From NCBI GenBank assembly GCA_963663275.1, contig OY760183.1:2592001-2656000 (forward strand): 64,000 bases of DNA. The letters are read 5' to 3'. The notes beneath the pieces are model-generated. The model was not told the origin of the DNA, searched no databases, and saw only the letters and a list, made by a program, of their open reading frames with translations. This stretch comes from Chloroflexota bacterium. Lineage in GTDB: Bacteria; Chloroflexota; UBA11872; VXOZ01. Below, one piece after another: positions 61,611 through 64,000 of this stretch (its first letter is position 1; each line of letters begins with the position of its first letter). A program made the translations under genes and the position numbers.

Positions 61611-62708
61611 TCACGTGGGTACGTGCGCGTATTCACTTGAATCGGAAACGAAGAGTTTCCGGTACGACTCGATGTCGTTGAGGCACTCGCCGGTTCCCAG
61701 CGCGACACAGGTCAGCGCGTTCTCCGCTACGACAACGGGCACCAGCGTCTCCTCGGAAATCCGCCTGTCGATGCCGCCCAGGAACGCGCCGCCGCCGGTG
61801 AGCACGATTCCCCGGTCTACCACGTCGCCGAGCAGTTCCGGCGGCGTCTCTTCAACCGAAATCTTCACCGCTTCTACGATGTCGTGCACCGGCGCTTCGA
61901 TCGCCTCCCGCATCTCCGCCTCCGTCACCGGCACGGTCTTGGGCAAGCCGGAGAGCATGTCCCGGCCCCGCATCTCATACGTCCTTTCCTGTTCGTCAGG
62001 AGCGGGGTGCGCGGAGCCGATGGCAATCTTCGTTTCCTCGGCGGTGCGCTCGCCAATCAGGAGATCGTACGCTTGACGGGCGTAATCGGTGATCGTCTGG
62101 TCGATTTCATCACCGGCGATGCGCACCGAGCGCCGCACCACGATTCCACCGAGCGAAATGACCGCCACCTCCGTGGTGCCGCCGCCGATGTCCACGATCA
62201 TGTTGCCGGCGGGCTCGTCGACCGGCAGCCCGGCCCCAATGGCCGCGGCCATCGGCTCTTCGATCAGGTACGCTTCCCGGGCGCCCGCGTTGACCGCGGC
62301 GTCTTGCACCGCGCGTTTCTCCACCTCGGTCACGCCGCTGGGAATGCCCACGATGACCCGCGGCCGCGGCACCAGTTGCACGGACGTGTGCACCCGGTCG
62401 ATCACGTAGCGGAGCATCGTCTCAACGGTCTCGAAATCCGCGATCACGCCGTCCTTGAGCGGCCGCACCGCCACGATGTTCGCCGGCGTGCGGCCCACCA
62501 TCCGCTTTGCCTCCTGGCCCACGGCAAGCACCCGCTCCGACCGCAAGTCCATGGCCACAACGGACGGCTCGGACACCACCACACCCTTATCCCTGGCATA
62601 CACCAGCAAGTTCGCGGTGCCCAAGTCGATTCCCAGATCCTGGGAGAAAAGACCGAGGAATGAACTGAATGGCCCGAGAATACTCGCCCGCCAGGAAGAA
62701 AATGACAT
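61611..62708 (-). CDS. mreB: Actin-like MreB
   Basis: GIDLGTAN, EPMAAAIGAG, VDIGGGTTE, LTGGG. Confidence 0.96.
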   Translation of the reverse strand: MSFSSWRASILGPFSSFLGLFSQDLGIDLGTANLLVYARDKGVVVSEPSVVAMDLRSERVLAVGQEAKRMVGRTPANIVAVRPLKDGVIADFETVETMLRYVIDRVHTSVQLVPRPRVIVGIPSGVTEVEKRAVQDAAVNAGAREAYLIEEPMAAAIGAGLPVDEPAGNMIVDIGGGTTEVAVISLGGIVVRRSVRIAGDEIDQTITDYARQAYDLLIGERTAEETKIAIGSAHPAPDEQERTYEMRGRDMLSGLPKTVPVTEAEMREAIEAPVHDIVEAVKISVEETPPELLGDVVDRGIVLTGGGAFLGGIDRRISEETLVPVVVAENALTCVALGTGECLNDIESYRKLFVSDSSEYAHVPT

Positions 62709-63081
62709 CGCCTACCCCACGCGCCTTGCGCTCGCGCGGCCCCGCAGGAACTCCCTGCGGCACGGCCCGCGCCGGCCGCCGCGCACACGCTCTTCTACGC
62801 TTCGCTCTTTGGACATGCCCCGGCACGTACCTCGACACATACTAGCATACACGTAGCCTGCCAGCGCGTCTAGCAGTCATGACGTATTGTGCATACAGTA
62901 GTACTCTCGTAGCACCCTCATTGACTCTTTTCTTCACTGGCAAGTTTGCCGTGCTTCGCTCCCCTGGGAGTCTTTGCGTTACTCCGTCACTCCGGCTTTC
63001 GCCGAAATCCAGACATCCTGTACAACTGGAGATGCTTTAATTCAATCTCTCTCTCCTCAATCTCAATCCTCCCCCTGGATG

Positions 63082-63232
63082 GGCTGACAGGGGTAAGCAA
63101 TCCTGAATCGGCTTAACGTGTCATTCCGAACGGAGCGCAGCGGAGTGAGGAATCTAGAACCCAGCCCTGCGCAGTCAGCATCTTGAGATTCCTCGCTGCG
63201 CTCGGAATGACATTTACATACCCCCGTCAGCC
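63082..63232. mobile_element. MITE, second copy of the GGCTGACAGGG family
   Basis: GGCTGACAGGGGTA...TACCCCCGTCAGCC; same internal palindrome; flanks CTGGATG/CTCGATA (5/7). Confidence 0.75.
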
Positions 63233-63353
63233 CTCGATAGGGAACGGGTTTGCGAAAGAATTCAAGGGCGCCTCATGCTCTGTGGTACACTACGTCTCGC
63301 GAGAATTCCGAACCCAATCTCTTGCGCCGAAGCAATCGTGAAAGGAGTCTTCA

Positions 63354-63734
63354 ATGCGCGTCGATCGTCTCTATAGTCCCAAAGGCCCGCGGCCCGCGGG
63401 CACGTATTCGCAGGCAGTGCGCGCGGGCAATCTGCTCTTCGTTGCCGGTCAAGGCCCGCTGGATCCCCAGACCGGCGAAATCACGGGCGAAACGCTTTCC
63501 GAACAGTGCCAGGTTACGCTGCAGAACATCAAGAACATCGTGGAAGGCCACGGCGGCGACATCCGCAACGTGGTGAAGATAAACGTCTATCTGGCGGATA
63601 TGGACGGTTTCTCCGAGATGGACAAGGTCTACAAGACCTTCTTTGGCGAGTACCCGCCGGCCCGCACCACGGTGGGCGTGCAGATGAACGACATTCTCAT
63701 CGAGGTTGAAGCCACCGCCGTTCTCGACGACTAG
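63354..63734 (+). CDS. RidA/YjgF family enamine deaminase
   Basis: YSQAV, VAGQ.PLDP, PPARTTV, IEVEA; AAGGAG RBS. Confidence 0.9.
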   Translation: MRVDRLYSPKGPRPAGTYSQAVRAGNLLFVAGQGPLDPQTGEITGETLSEQCQVTLQNIKNIVEGHGGDIRNVVKINVYLADMDGFSEMDKVYKTFFGEYPPARTTVGVQMNDILIEVEATAVLDD

Positions 63735-63858
63735 ACGGAAAATCGAAGGGCGCGCAGATGAACGACATCCTCATCGAAGTAGCCCGCTTGCCGTTCCGAA
63801 AGTCTTGAAGACAAGCGCAAAGGCGCGGAACCCCGTTCGTGGAACGATAAGCCGATTA

Positions 63859-64000
63859 GCCCGTTCGTGGTGAGCCTGTCCAACCACCGCAAGGCCCGCA
63901 GCCCGTTCGTGGTGAGCCTGTCGAACCACCGCAAGGCACGTAGCCCATTCGTGGAGAGCCCGTCGAACCACCGCAAGGCCCGTAGCCCGTTCGTGGTGAG
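63859..64000. repeat. Tandem 42-bp CCGTTCGTGGTGAGCCTGTCGAACCAC array, runs off window
   Basis: Units at 63861, 63903, 63945, 63987; same family as inside the 30239 MITE. Confidence 0.85.

Overview
GC-rich bacterial chromosome segment, probably Chloroflexota (inferred from gene content, a split rRNA operon and repeat types). It is mostly housekeeping: tatD-polyprenyl synthase-menG/ubiE, two FemABX ligases, melA, msmX-like ATPase, htpX, yggS-yggT-yggU-hisS, pgi/pmi, fmt-def-priA-gmk-rsgA-tig and mreBCD-mrdA-rodA. The 23S-5S unit has its own promoter and no 16S. The tRNA-Ile/tRNA-Ala pair sits about 24 kb away with its own promoter. An accessory stretch (about 22-40 kb) carries a DUF3800 RNase H-fold gene with a convergent three-way-junction ncRNA that has its own promoter. 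It also has an unrecognised ~230-nt pseudoknotted RNA-like element upstream of an M16 lipoprotein protease, a histidine-decarboxylase/ACT pair and a tyrosine recombinase. A lower-GC DUF1998 helicase with an RNase H-like nuclease (MrfAB-like), a nonsense-interrupted antitoxin and an Smr-HicB pair complete it. Other oddities are a PriA lacking ATPase motifs, a 60-aa repeat peptide coupled by ATGA overlaps on both sides, two MITE families with target-site duplications and several REP-like palindrome families. There is no CRISPR array. All calls come from motifs and base-pairing read by eye; no searches were run.
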